In this document: positions 1-9,528 of the stretch, one piece after another
How the letters are laid out: every line of letters begins with the position of its first letter
How positions within the stretch are numbered: position 1 is the stretch's first letter
NCBI GenBank assembly: GCA_965207695.1
Contig: CBDBNA010000012.1
Location: 20,191-84,190, forward strand
Direction: 5' to 3'
Source of the DNA: Dehalococcoidia bacterium
GTDB lineage: Bacteria > Chloroflexota > Dehalococcoidia > Bin125
DNA length: 64,000 nucleotides
Program-made: the position numbers and the translations under genes
The notes under the pieces: generated by a model
Databases searched by the model: none
What the model saw: the letters and a program-made list of their open reading frames with translations, nothing else
What the model was told of the DNA's origin: nothing

Positions 1-494
1 AGGATGTTCAGGTCGCCGGCAGCGAGGATTCGGTGCTTTCGCTCGCGGCCGATGAAGCGCGAGAGGTCGGAGATGAGATGGTGCGCTGAGGCGTCGGCGA
101 AGATCCAGTCGCCGCCAGCGGAGGTATGGGGGCCCTCCCAGATCGCGTACAGGGATACCACGACGAAGGGCTCGCCCTCCTGTGGCTTCACATGAGCGGC
201 GGCCAGCGATCCGGGCCGGCTGACGGCGAGCTCATTCCAGGCCGCTTCGACCAGGGGCTCCGCCTCGATCCAATCCACTTCGATGCGATCCGAGAGTTGC
301 ACCACCGCCGACCGCCAGGGAGCGTTGGAGTCCTGCCCAGGGATGCGCCAGGGCGCGGCGTCGGTGGTGATGCGCTCGGCGATGTCGGACGGCGGTTTGC
401 CGGCCTCCTGCAGGAGGGCGACGTCCGCATCCATCTCCAACAGCGAACGCCAAGGCGCGTGCCTGTGAGCGATGTTCCAGGAGATGATCTTCAC
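1..494 (-). CDS. endonuclease/exonuclease/phosphatase (EEP) family protein, C-terminus cut by window edge
   Basis: Manual minus-strand translation of a frame absent from the ORF track (no stop inside window): ..VKIISWNIAHRHAPWRSLLEMDADVALLQEAGKPPSD..GGDWIFADASAHHLISDLSRFIGRERKHRILAAGDLNI. The ISWNI..LLQE and GDLN motifs are typical of EEP-fold hydrolases. Probable GTG start near 494; an in-frame stop lies at 588-590. Confidence 0.5.
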   Translation of the reverse strand, partial: MKIISWNIAHRHAPWRSLLEMDADVALLQEAGKPPSDIAERITTDAAPWRIPGQDSNAPWRSAVVQLSDRIEVDWIEAEPLVEAAWNELAVSRPGSLAAAHVKPQEGEPFVVVSLYAIWEGPHTSAGGDWIFADASAHHLISDLSRFIGRERKHRILAAGDLNI

Positions 495-692
495 TGGGGT
501 TGAGCCGGCCTCCTCGCCGGCGGAGCGGTCCGGGGCTGCGGGCACTGCGGGCTTCCCTTCGCTGCGAGCGGCTGGTTCCACGCGAGTCTAGGCGGCTCGA
601 CGGAGGCCACCGGCCGCTGTCCGATGGGCTAGCCTGACCCTCGAACCCCCTCTCCATCTCGACGATGGCGAGGGGGACCAGAGGAGCAGGCG

Positions 693-3590
693 ATGCCGCT
701 GCCGGTCCTCCGCCGCGCGCTCGTCGTGGGCGTCGCGCTGCTGGCGCTGGCCGCAGGGATGTGGGCATCGCACGGGACTGCGTCGGCGCAGGCGCCGGCG
801 GCCAGCACGATCACGACGGAGCTCCAACCCGGTTGGAATCTCGTGGGCTGGATGGGCTCCGACACCACCACCCGGGCGCTCTTCGACGCCCTGCCGGAGT
901 TGAACCTCATCGTCGCCTGGGACGATGAGGCGCAGCGGCACCGCTGGGCGTGGCGCCCGGCGGTCGGGTCGCGGGGGCTGCGGGGCGTCAGCCGGGGCCA
1001 AGGGCTGGCCCTGCACATCGGGGGCGAGGCCGCCGTCGAGTGGACGCGCCCGGTGGCGGAGGGCGTCGTGCTGCTCCCGCTGCGTGCGGGAAACAACCTC
1101 GTGACCTGGGGCGGACCCGACGGAACGCCGATCGAGGAGGCGCTCGACTGGCTGGGCGACGCCGTCATGAGCACGTCGCGGTGGAACGCGGGCATGCGGG
1201 AGAGCGAGCGCTACCGCCCCGGTGCATCCACCGCCGCCAACACGCTGCGCACGCTGAATCACGGCGACGCGTTGTGGGTGCGGCTATCGGAGGATGCGAG
1301 TTGGTGGCAGTCGGGCACGGCGGGCACGGAGTTCGTTTTCGAGGAACCGCTGCATCCGGAGACAGAGGCGGCGCTGCGTGCGGAAGTCGCCAGCGTGCTG
1401 GCGTTCTACTACGAGAGTTATGGGCTGGAGCCGGTCGATCTCTCGGTAGCTACTTATCCACGCCTCGACTTCAGCGCCAGTGCGTGGGCAGGGGAGATCA
1501 ACATCAGCAAGCGGAGGTACAGCAACCCACTGCCGGATTTCGCCATCCCACACGAGTACTTCCATGTCTTGCAATTCGAGTGGGCGAAGCTCTCGCCGAA
1601 CCAATTCGAGACGCCGAACTGGCTGATCGAAGGCACGGCCACGTACATGGAGGGTCTGTACTACGAGCAACGACTTGGCGAGACGGGGGCCGATGTGCGC
1701 GCGGATTGGTGGCGGCGCACGATCGGGCGCGGCGTAGGATCCCTACCGCTGGACCACTGGGTCTACGACCACGGGCAACAGGGAGATCAGCGAATCACCG
1801 CAGGGTACTTCGTGGGCGCGTTGGCGACGGACTGGCTGGTCAGGCGAGCGGCGGCATTGTCCGCGGGGACGCGCTTCGATCCGCTGGAGCCGCCGGAAGT
1901 GGTTACCCGGCCGGACTATAACGCCCACTTCGAGTTCTTCCGCCTGCTGCCGATGTCGGGAACCTGGGAGGAGGCGTTCGAGGCGGCCTTCGGCATCGGG
2001 GTCGAAGACTTCTACGAGGTGTTCGAGGAGTATCGGATCGCGCTGGGCGCGCAGTACCTGCCGCACTTGGCCGACGACCGCGATGAGCCGAAGCTCGTGC
2101 TACTGGGCGAGATTCCGTCCGACGTCCAGACCCGCCTCCGCGACCAGTTCGACACAGCCCAGGAACTCTTCGGCGACAGGTTCAGGAGCGGGCCGGTGGA
2201 CTACACGGTCTACGTTGCAGCCAACGACCGGTCGGCGGAGCCCACGTACCAGCACGTCTTCGGGTCCGCGTCCTTCTGGTTGGGGGAAGACATCTCCCCC
2301 ATCGCACAATGCAGCAGGAGCACTACAGGATTCACCTTATTCGTGGTCCTGGCGAACTGCCCAGCGGAGCCGATCGGAGACCTACTCGGGGAGTATCACT
2401 TCGAGGAGGTTCTGGAGCGGGTCGCGCCGACGGATGTGCTCACGCCGTTGCTGCCGGGATACAACTCTCCCGGTCCCTACTGGTTGCGGCTGGCAACGCG
2501 CGGCTACGCCGAGCATGCGTATCGGGAAGTGCTGGGAATCGAGACACTCGATGAAGCTCGCCGCACGCAAGCGGAGATCGCGGCCCGGACGGCGGCGTCG
2601 CTGCGCAGCGTCACGGCATATCCACCCGTGCCGGAGGCTCCGGACGAGGCGACTGCCGCCCTCAGTTTCCTGGCAGGCGACTGGTTGGTGACGCGGGCCG
2701 GGGAACCGGCGATCTTCGAGTACTACCGGCTGCTGGGGTCCAACGACAGTTGGCAGGCGGCGTTCGAGCGCGCGTTCGGGATCACGATCGACGACTTCTA
2801 CGAGGAGTTCGCGGCGTACCGGGCCGTGGCGGCGCCGGCGCGGCCGCCCGAGGAGCGCGACGCGCCAGAACTCGTGCTGCTGAGTGAGATCCCCGCCTGG
2901 GACGCAGCCAGAGTGCGTGCGTACTTCGAGGCCACGCAGGCGTTCTTCGGCGATCGTCTTGGTGGCGAGCCGGTCGACTACGCGGTGTACGTCGTGGCCA
3001 GCGGCCCCGAGGCGGCAGCGCACCAGGACATCATTGATGTGATCCCGCCCGGGGCGTGCTTTTTTGCACAGCGTCCCTGGACCACGGCGGTCATAGTGCT
3101 ACGACGCTGCATCCTATCCCCCGTGGACATCCTGGGACAGTTCCACTTCGCCAGCGTGCTGCGGCAGTTGACGCCTCCGGGCGCCTGGGAGTACTGGCCC
3201 TCCGATTACAAGCTGCAGGGGTCCTACTGGCTTGACGTCGGGCTGCGTCGATACGCCGATCGCGCCTTCCTCGATTCGCTGGAGCTTGAGGATCTCGACC
3301 GGAGTCGCCGCCGATCGGCGAATTTCGCGATCTGGGCGGAGGGCACGCTGTACGACCTTGAGCCCTACCGGGATTCGGGTCGGTCTCCTGATCACGAGAC
3401 CGAGGCGCTGAGCTTCCTGGCGGCCGACTGGCTGGTGGCGCGAGCCGGGGAGCGGGCGATCTTCGACTACTACCGCTTGCGCCAGTCCGCCGCCAACTGG
3501 CAGGACGCCTTCGAGGGCGCCTTCGGCATCACCATCGACGACTTCTACGCGGCGTTCGCGGAGTACCGCGCCGCCGGCTTCGAGCGCTGA
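693..3590 (+). CDS. secreted repeat protein (signal peptide, three ~280-aa internal repeats, one HExxH motif)
   Basis: 965-aa ORF. The N-terminal hydrophobic signal (LVVGVALLALAAGMWASHGTASA) suggests secretion. A ~280-aa module is repeated three times, ending in FEYYRLL..WQAAFE.AFGI.IDDFYE.F..YRA. The first module contains IPHEYFHVLQFEW, a possible Zn-metallopeptidase HExxH. Codon usage is consistent with the rest of the window. Confidence 0.6.
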   Translation: MPLPVLRRALVVGVALLALAAGMWASHGTASAQAPAASTITTELQPGWNLVGWMGSDTTTRALFDALPELNLIVAWDDEAQRHRWAWRPAVGSRGLRGVSRGQGLALHIGGEAAVEWTRPVAEGVVLLPLRAGNNLVTWGGPDGTPIEEALDWLGDAVMSTSRWNAGMRESERYRPGASTAANTLRTLNHGDALWVRLSEDASWWQSGTAGTEFVFEEPLHPETEAALRAEVASVLAFYYESYGLEPVDLSVATYPRLDFSASAWAGEINISKRRYSNPLPDFAIPHEYFHVLQFEWAKLSPNQFETPNWLIEGTATYMEGLYYEQRLGETGADVRADWWRRTIGRGVGSLPLDHWVYDHGQQGDQRITAGYFVGALATDWLVRRAAALSAGTRFDPLEPPEVVTRPDYNAHFEFFRLLPMSGTWEEAFEAAFGIGVEDFYEVFEEYRIALGAQYLPHLADDRDEPKLVLLGEIPSDVQTRLRDQFDTAQELFGDRFRSGPVDYTVYVAANDRSAEPTYQHVFGSASFWLGEDISPIAQCSRSTTGFTLFVVLANCPAEPIGDLLGEYHFEEVLERVAPTDVLTPLLPGYNSPGPYWLRLATRGYAEHAYREVLGIETLDEARRTQAEIAARTAASLRSVTAYPPVPEAPDEATAALSFLAGDWLVTRAGEPAIFEYYRLLGSNDSWQAAFERAFGITIDDFYEEFAAYRAVAAPARPPEERDAPELVLLSEIPAWDAARVRAYFEATQAFFGDRLGGEPVDYAVYVVASGPEAAAHQDIIDVIPPGACFFAQRPWTTAVIVLRRCILSPVDILGQFHFASVLRQLTPPGAWEYWPSDYKLQGSYWLDVGLRRYADRAFLDSLELEDLDRSRRRSANFAIWAEGTLYDLEPYRDSGRSPDHETEALSFLAADWLVARAGERAIFDYYRLRQSAANWQDAFEGAFGITIDDFYAAFAEYRAAGFER

Positions 3591-3605
3591 CCGGGGCGCG
3601 ACACC

Positions 3606-4286
3606 ATGCCCACCGACGCGCCACCGGGCGGCTGGCCCGACGAGTCGCCGTTCGTAGCGGCGCACTTCCGCTGCGACGACGAGCGGGACGACGCCCTCTT
3701 CTACCAGGAACCCCGCCTGGTGACGCACATCGACGACGCGGCGATCGCGGCGCTGCGGGCGCACTACGCGCGCATCTTCCCGGCCCGCGCGGCGGTGGTC
3801 GACCTGATGAGCAGCCACGTGTCGCACTTCCCGGCCGGCTTCGCGCCGTCGCGGGCGGCCGGGCTGGGGATGAACGCCGAGGAACTCGCGGCGAACCCGG
3901 CGCTGACGGAGTGGGTCGTGCACGACCTGAACACCGATCCGGCGCTGCCCTACGACAGCGCGGGCTTCGACGTGGTCACGATCGCGGTGAGCGTGCAGTA
4001 CCTGCGGCAGCCCGTCGCGGTCTTCCGCGAGATCGGCCGGGTGCTGAAGCCGGGCGGCATCTGCAGCGTCGCGTTCTCGAACCGCTGCTTCCCGCCGAAG
4101 GTGGTCGCGCTCTGGTCGGCGACGGGCGACAGGGGGCACGCGCAGGTCGTGACCGCGTACTTCCACTACGCGGGCGGGTTCGGCGAGGCGGAGACGCTGG
4201 ACCTGTCGCCCGATCCACGGCGCAGCGACCCCCTCTACGTCGTGCAGGCGCGACGGCTGGGCGGGGAGCGCGTCAGCGGCCCGTGA
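3606..4286 (+). CDS. class I SAM-dependent methyltransferase-like protein (type-11 domain, divergent motif I)
   Basis: 226 aa. The region FDVVTIAVSVQYLRQPVAVFREIGRVLKPGGICSVAF matches methyltransferase motif post-I/II/III. Motif I is atypical (VVDLMSS instead of a GxGxG stretch). Confidence 0.5.
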   Translation: MPTDAPPGGWPDESPFVAAHFRCDDERDDALFYQEPRLVTHIDDAAIAALRAHYARIFPARAAVVDLMSSHVSHFPAGFAPSRAAGLGMNAEELAANPALTEWVVHDLNTDPALPYDSAGFDVVTIAVSVQYLRQPVAVFREIGRVLKPGGICSVAFSNRCFPPKVVALWSATGDRGHAQVVTAYFHYAGGFGEAETLDLSPDPRRSDPLYVVQARRLGGERVSGP

Positions 4287-5034
4287 ACTCGGGGTTGCGC
4301 TTCTCCAGTCGGGCGGCCATCCCCTCGCGGGCGTCGTGGCTGTCGCGCGCGGCAGCGGCGAGCCGGTCGACGTCCTCGTGGGGGATGGCGTCGCGGTAGG
4401 CCATGCCGCGCGTGACGAGCGCTTTCATCGCGCGCATCGACAGCGGCGCGTTGGCGGCCAGCCGGTCGATGACGGCGTCGGCGGCCGCGTCGAAGTCGTC
4501 CGGCTCGGCGACGCGCGCGATGACGCCCAGGTCGTACATGCGCTGGGCGGGGATCGGGTCGCCCAAGAGCAGCAACTCCTTGACCAGAACCGGCCCGCCG
4601 ACCTCGAGCAGCTTCTTGGCGAGGTACCAGGTGGGGGCGAGCCCGATCTGCGCGAGCGACATCCAGAACGATGCTTGGGTCGAGGCGACGACGATGTCGC
4701 AGTGGAGCGCCAGTTCGTTGCCGCCGGCGATCGCCGGCCCCTGGACGACGCCCACGACCGGCAGCGGATAGGCCTCGATCGCTTGCAGGGCCTTCTCGAG
4801 GGAGCTGTCGTTGTTCGGGGCGCCCTCGCCGAGGCGCTCCCGCAGGTCGATCCCGGCGCAGAAGACGGGTCCGGCCGCCCGCAGCGCGACGACTCGCGCC
4901 TCGGGCGCGGGCGTCTCCGAGAACGCCGCCAGCAACTCGCGCAGCATCTCGGAGTTGAGGGCGTTGCGCTTGTCGGGCCGGTTGAGCGTGACCGTGCGGA
5001 CGGCGCCGGCGTCGGCGATCTCCAGGACTCCCAT
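4273..5034 (-). CDS. enoyl-CoA hydratase/isomerase (crotonase) family protein
   Basis: 253 aa. The oxyanion-hole region VFCAGIDL and crotonase-fold pattern (TLNRPDKRNALN..ELLAAF) are present. ATG confirmed at 5032-5034. Confidence 0.85.
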   Translation of the reverse strand: MGVLEIADAGAVRTVTLNRPDKRNALNSEMLRELLAAFSETPAPEARVVALRAAGPVFCAGIDLRERLGEGAPNNDSSLEKALQAIEAYPLPVVGVVQGPAIAGGNELALHCDIVVASTQASFWMSLAQIGLAPTWYLAKKLLEVGGPVLVKELLLLGDPIPAQRMYDLGVIARVAEPDDFDAAADAVIDRLAANAPLSMRAMKALVTRGMAYRDAIPHEDVDRLAAAARDSHDAREGMAARLEKRNPEFTGR

Positions 5035-5059
5035 GGCGGACCTCCGTTCCCGTGCGATG

Positions 5060-6187
5060 CTAGCCGAGCGATTCGTAGACGGCGCGGAGAAGGTCGCCGC
5101 TGCGGGTATCGCCGAGCGCGCCGGTGATCATCCGGTTCATCACGTAGGCGATGGAGACCCGCGCGTCGAGGTCGATGACGACGATGGAGCCGCCCCAGCC
5201 GCCCCAGCGGAAGTGGCGCGGGTTGGGCGGCGCGACCGTGTCCTCGATGTAGGTGGCGAAGCCGAGGCCGAACGTGACGTGCTTGCCCAGCACGACGTCG
5301 ACGCCGTCGGTCTGGACCTCCCGCACCCGCTCGACCGTCTCGGGGGACATGAGGCGCACGCCGTCGACGGCGCCGCCGCAGGCCAGCGCCGAGTGGACGC
5401 GGGCGATGGAGTGCGCGTTGCCCGTCCCGCCGGCGGCCGGGATCTCGGCGGCGCGCCAGTCTCGGGTGCGGGTCACGGTGGCGTCCAGGGGGCAACTCGC
5501 CATGGTGCGCGCGGCGATGGAGTTGGGGTCGAGCTCCTCCACGGCGGGATCCGGGGCCGGCGGGATCAACTCGGCGACGCGGCCGTCGTGCGCGGCGTCG
5601 AGGCCGATGTGGAAGTCGGCGCCGAGCGGCTCGGCCACCTCGCGGCGGAAGAACTCGCCCATCGACACGCCGGTGATGCGCTCGAGGATCTCCCCCTGCA
5701 GTTGCCCCTGCGTGATCGCGTGGTAGCCGGAGGCCGTCCCCGGCTCCCACCACGGAGCCTGCCGGGCCAGCGACGCGGCTACGCCGCGGCGGTCGTAGAG
5801 GTCTTCGAGGCGGATCGGCGGGTCGAAGCCGGAGAGGCCGGCGCTGTGGCTCATCACATGCCTGACAAGCACGCCCTGCTTGCCGTTCTGGGCGAACTCC
5901 GGCCAGTAGTCGGCGACCGGCGCGTCGAAGTCGAGCTGGCCGCGGTCGGCGAGCATGAGCATGCAGACGGCGGCCATCGTCTTGGTGGAGGACCAGACGT
6001 TGGCGATCGTGTCCCGCTGCCAGGGCGCGCCGTCGGGGCCGGCCTCCCCCGCCCAGAGGTCGACGACGGGCGCACCGTCGACGGTCACGGCCACGCTGGC
6101 GCCGGCCTCCAGCCCGTCGAGGAAGTTCTGCTCGAAGCGGTCGCGCACGGGGCGGAATGCGTCGGCGTAGGTTCCGTGGATCTCCAT
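5060..6187 (-). CDS. beta-lactamase-fold serine hydrolase (class C beta-lactamase/esterase family)
   Basis: The ORF runs 5060..6316 but the likely start is the internal Met (MEIHGTYADAFRPV..). An S-x-x-K motif (WSSTKT) and family-typical length are present. Confidence 0.75.
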   Translation of the reverse strand: MEIHGTYADAFRPVRDRFEQNFLDGLEAGASVAVTVDGAPVVDLWAGEAGPDGAPWQRDTIANVWSSTKTMAAVCMLMLADRGQLDFDAPVADYWPEFAQNGKQGVLVRHVMSHSAGLSGFDPPIRLEDLYDRRGVAASLARQAPWWEPGTASGYHAITQGQLQGEILERITGVSMGEFFRREVAEPLGADFHIGLDAAHDGRVAELIPPAPDPAVEELDPNSIAARTMASCPLDATVTRTRDWRAAEIPAAGGTGNAHSIARVHSALACGGAVDGVRLMSPETVERVREVQTDGVDVVLGKHVTFGLGFATYIEDTVAPPNPRHFRWGGWGGSIVVIDLDARVSIAYVMNRMITGALGDTRSGDLLRAVYESLG

Positions 6188-6254
6188 CGCCTGCCTCGCT
6201 CTCGGGTTGGCGGCGCCCCGGCGGTGCCGCTCCGGGAGGCTAGCAGGCGCGACG

Positions 6255-7124
6255 CTACTCCCCCGCCGCGACGGCGTCTTTGTACTGCCGCACGGCGTCG
6301 ATGTGGTCGCCGACATCGCGGAGGCCGGCGTTCATCGTGGCGACCGAGATCTCCGTCGCGCCGATCTCCCGCCAGCGCTGGATGTGGGCCCGCCAGAGGT
6401 CGGGGTTGCCGCCGCGGAACTGCGACTGCGGGCCGATGCCGAAGTCGTCCGGGGAGCGTCCCGCCTCGCGCAGGTAGCCGCGGATGCGATCGGCCTGCGC
6501 GGCGGCCTCCGGCGTGGGCGGAGAGACGGGGAACCAGCCGTCGCCGATGCGGGCGGCGCGTTTGAGCTGGGGCTCGGCGCTGCCGCCGAACCAGACGGGG
6601 ATGGGCCGGCGCGGGCGCGGGTCGATGCCGGCCTTGGCGACGGTGTGGAACTCGCCCTGGAAGTCGACGACGGGATCGCTCCAGAGGCGCCGCATCAGGT
6701 CCACCTGCTCCTCCTGACGCCGCCCGCGGTTGCGGAAGTTCTGGTCGAGCGCCTCGTACTCGACGTAGTTCCAGCCGCTGCCGATGCCGAGCCGGAAACG
6801 GTCGCCGGAGAGGACCGCGAGCTGCGCCGCCTGCTTGGCAACGAGCGCCGTCTGCCGCTGCGGCAGGACCAGCACGCAGGTCGCGAGTTCGAGCGAGGTG
6901 GTCACGGCGGCCAGATAGGCGATGGTGACGAAGACCTCGTGGAAGGGGTGGTCGATGGTGTAGGGGCCATCCCAGCCGCCGGGACGATCGGGATCGGCGC
7001 CGAGGACGTGGTCGTAGAGGAGGAGTTGGGAGAAGCCCAGCGCCTCGACCGCCTGCGCGAAGTCGCGCAGCGCCGCCGGGTCCGGTCCGATCTCCGTGGT
7101 GGGCAGGACGGCGCCGATGCGCAT
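6255..7124 (-). CDS. LLM-class F420-dependent (luciferase-like) oxidoreductase
   Basis: The track ORF 6255..7346 contains MRIGAVLPT at aa 75, which is the likely true start. Luciferase-like TIM-barrel signature: LGFSQLLLYDHV..LVLPQRQTALVAKQAAQL..IGSGW. Confidence 0.85.
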   Translation of the reverse strand: MRIGAVLPTTEIGPDPAALRDFAQAVEALGFSQLLLYDHVLGADPDRPGGWDGPYTIDHPFHEVFVTIAYLAAVTTSLELATCVLVLPQRQTALVAKQAAQLAVLSGDRFRLGIGSGWNYVEYEALDQNFRNRGRRQEEQVDLMRRLWSDPVVDFQGEFHTVAKAGIDPRPRRPIPVWFGGSAEPQLKRAARIGDGWFPVSPPTPEAAAQADRIRGYLREAGRSPDDFGIGPQSQFRGGNPDLWRAHIQRWREIGATEISVATMNAGLRDVGDHIDAVRQYKDAVAAGE

Positions 7125-7311
7125 GGCTGCATCCCTTCGTCGAAGTCCGCGCGTGTGGGCAGGGTAGCGCCAAGTCTCGCCCGTACCGCTCGGGGGTATG
7201 CAAGGGGGCCGGACGCCGCTACGATCCTCCGCAATCGCCCGCAGGCCCGCAGAGGGAAACAATTCGGCGCCGGCCGGGGACAGCCGGGCGGGCGCAACGA
7301 CGGAGGCTGGA

Positions 7312-8100
7312 GTGACCACGACCCAGGCGACCTTCAGCGAATGCACGGTCTCCGTGGCCGGCCTCTCGATGCACGTGATGCAGGGCGGCGACGGGCCCAG
7401 CGCGGTCTGGCTGCACCACTCGACGGGGCCGCTGGGCTGGCTACCGTTGCACGAACGGCTGGCGGAGCGCCTGCACGTGAGCGCGCCCGACCTGCCCGGC
7501 TACGGCCGCTCGGAGCGGCCCGTCTGGGCGCGGCATCCGCGCGACATCGCGGTGCTGCTGGGCCGGGCCATCGCGAAGCTGGACTTGGAGCCCACGCTGC
7601 TGATCGGGCACGGCTTCGGCGGTTGGGTGGCGGCGGAACTGGCGACGATGAACCCCTCGGCGCTGCGCGGCCTCGTTCTCGTGGGCGCCGCCGGCCTCAA
7701 GCCGGACGAGGGCGAGATCATCGACCATATCTTCTTCACGTTCAGCGACTACGTGAAGGAGGGCTTCCACGCCGCCGCCGCCTTCGAAGCGTTCTTCGGC
7801 GCCGACGGGTCCAAGGAGCACAAGGAGCTCTGGGACTTCAGCCGCGAGATGACCAGCCGCCTCACCTGGAAGCCCTGGATGTTCAACCGCCAGCTGGCGC
7901 CGCTGCTGCCCGAGGTGGACGTGCCAACGCTGCTGGTCTGGGGAGCGGAGGACCGCGTCGTGCCCCTAGACTGCGGTCGGCAGTACGCGGCCGCGATGCC
8001 CAACGCCCGGCTGGAGATCGTGCCGGGCGCCGGCCACCTGGTCGAGTTGGAAGCGCCGGATGCGCTGGCGGCGCTGATCACGGAATTCGCGGGCGCGTAG
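7312..8100 (+). CDS. alpha/beta hydrolase fold protein
   Basis: ORF 7198..8100 with a probable GTG start at about 7312 (VTTTQATFSECTVSVAGLSMHV..). Contains HGFGGW (nucleophile elbow G-x-S/H-x-G variant) and the DLPGYGRSERP lid region. Confidence 0.7.
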   Translation: MTTTQATFSECTVSVAGLSMHVMQGGDGPSAVWLHHSTGPLGWLPLHERLAERLHVSAPDLPGYGRSERPVWARHPRDIAVLLGRAIAKLDLEPTLLIGHGFGGWVAAELATMNPSALRGLVLVGAAGLKPDEGEIIDHIFFTFSDYVKEGFHAAAAFEAFFGADGSKEHKELWDFSREMTSRLTWKPWMFNRQLAPLLPEVDVPTLLVWGAEDRVVPLDCGRQYAAAMPNARLEIVPGAGHLVELEAPDALAALITEFAGA

Positions 8101-8124
8101 CCCGCGAGCGAGAGGTCCCACGCA

Positions 8125-9468
8125 ATGTTCATTGGCTACTTCACCGAGCGCCCGTATCAGGATCCGCGCACGGGCTGGTTTGGCTCGACCGGCCGGGAGA
8201 TCACCGACCTGGCCATGTCGAACGGCGACTACGACCCCAAGCTGGGCGCCGACCTGTACAACCGCTACCTCGACGAGAAGATCTACGCCGAGGAGATGGG
8301 CTTCGACGGGCTGATGCTCAACGAGCATCACAGCACGCCGTTCTGCATGGGCGGCGTGATGAACGTCGAGGCGGCGATCCTGGCGCGGATCACCAAGCGG
8401 GCGAAGATCGTGCTGCTGGGCAACGTGCTGCCGATCTGGGACGACCCCCTGTGGCTGGCCGAGGAGCTGGCGGAGATCGACATGATCTCACGGGGCCGGC
8501 TGGTGACTGGCTGGGTGCGCGGCACGGGCCGGGAGAGCGTGGCACACAACGCCCAGTCGCCCTACAACTGGGAACGCTTCCAGGAGGCGCACGACTTCAT
8601 CGTCAAGGCCTGGACGACGCCCGGTCCCTGGCGCTGGGAGGGCGAGCACTACCAGTTCCGCTACGTGAACCCCTGGGCGCGGCCCTACCAGGATCCGCAC
8701 CCGCCGATCTGGATCCCGGGCATCCTCTCGCGGAACACCGTCGATTGGGCGGCGAAGCATCGCTACCCGTACATCATGCTGGCGACGGACCTGGAGCCCA
8801 CCAAGAAGTCGTTCGAGTACTACGACGAGCAGGCGCGGGAGCGCGGCTACGAGGCCGGCACGCAGCACCACGGCTACCTGTTCAAGGTGCACGTGGACGA
8901 GACCGACGAACTCGCCGACGAGGTGGGCCGCAAGTACGTCCAGGGGCCCAGCAACCCCTTCCTGGAGGGCAACCAGGGCACGGTGCTCAGCAACCTGCAG
9001 AACCTGCCGGGCCTGACCTCCCGCACGCAGGTGCTGCCCACGAGCGCCAGCTTCGCCGCCCTCCAGTCGCGCGGCCGGGCCGACGACCACGTCAAGCAGG
9101 GCGGCGGGACCGCCACGCAGGCCGAACTGGACAAGAAGGACCTCGGCGACCCGTTCGGCGCCTACCAGTCGCAGAAGGAGCGCTACACGATCATCACCGG
9201 TACGCCCAAGACCGTGATCCCCAAGGTGCGGCACGTGCTGGAGACGCTGCGGCCGGGCTCGATCTTCTTCTGGGACGGCGACGGCGCGATGACGCACGAG
9301 GACTCCATGCGCTCGCTGCGGCTGATGGGCGAAGAGGTCATCCCCGCCGTGCGCGAGATGGGCAAGGAGCTGGACCTGCCGGGCCCGTTCGAGATGGACC
9401 CGTACACGCTGGCTCCGGTGGAGGAGAAGACGGAGGCGGAGACCGTCGTGGCGCCCGCCGGCGACTAG
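8125..9468 (+). CDS. LLM-class flavin-dependent oxidoreductase (large ~447-aa subtype)
   Basis: 447 aa with a luciferase-like monooxygenase fold (GFDGLMLNEHHSTPF..VLLGNVLP..HPPIWIPG). Confidence 0.8.
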   Translation: MFIGYFTERPYQDPRTGWFGSTGREITDLAMSNGDYDPKLGADLYNRYLDEKIYAEEMGFDGLMLNEHHSTPFCMGGVMNVEAAILARITKRAKIVLLGNVLPIWDDPLWLAEELAEIDMISRGRLVTGWVRGTGRESVAHNAQSPYNWERFQEAHDFIVKAWTTPGPWRWEGEHYQFRYVNPWARPYQDPHPPIWIPGILSRNTVDWAAKHRYPYIMLATDLEPTKKSFEYYDEQARERGYEAGTQHHGYLFKVHVDETDELADEVGRKYVQGPSNPFLEGNQGTVLSNLQNLPGLTSRTQVLPTSASFAALQSRGRADDHVKQGGGTATQAELDKKDLGDPFGAYQSQKERYTIITGTPKTVIPKVRHVLETLRPGSIFFWDGDGAMTHEDSMRSLRLMGEEVIPAVREMGKELDLPGPFEMDPYTLAPVEEKTEAETVVAPAGD

Positions 9469-9528
9469 CCTCGGGGACGCTCGGTCGCCGGCGGTACGCG
9501 ACGGCAGCCCCTGCCCGCGAGGCGCCCC

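Noticed and set aside
126-768. Track ORFs 126..503 +, 232..768 - and 188..430 - at the window start
   Set aside because: A different minus-strand frame gives a convincing EEP-family hydrolase (ISWNI..LLQE..GDLN). The listed ORFs are its out-of-frame or antisense shadows.
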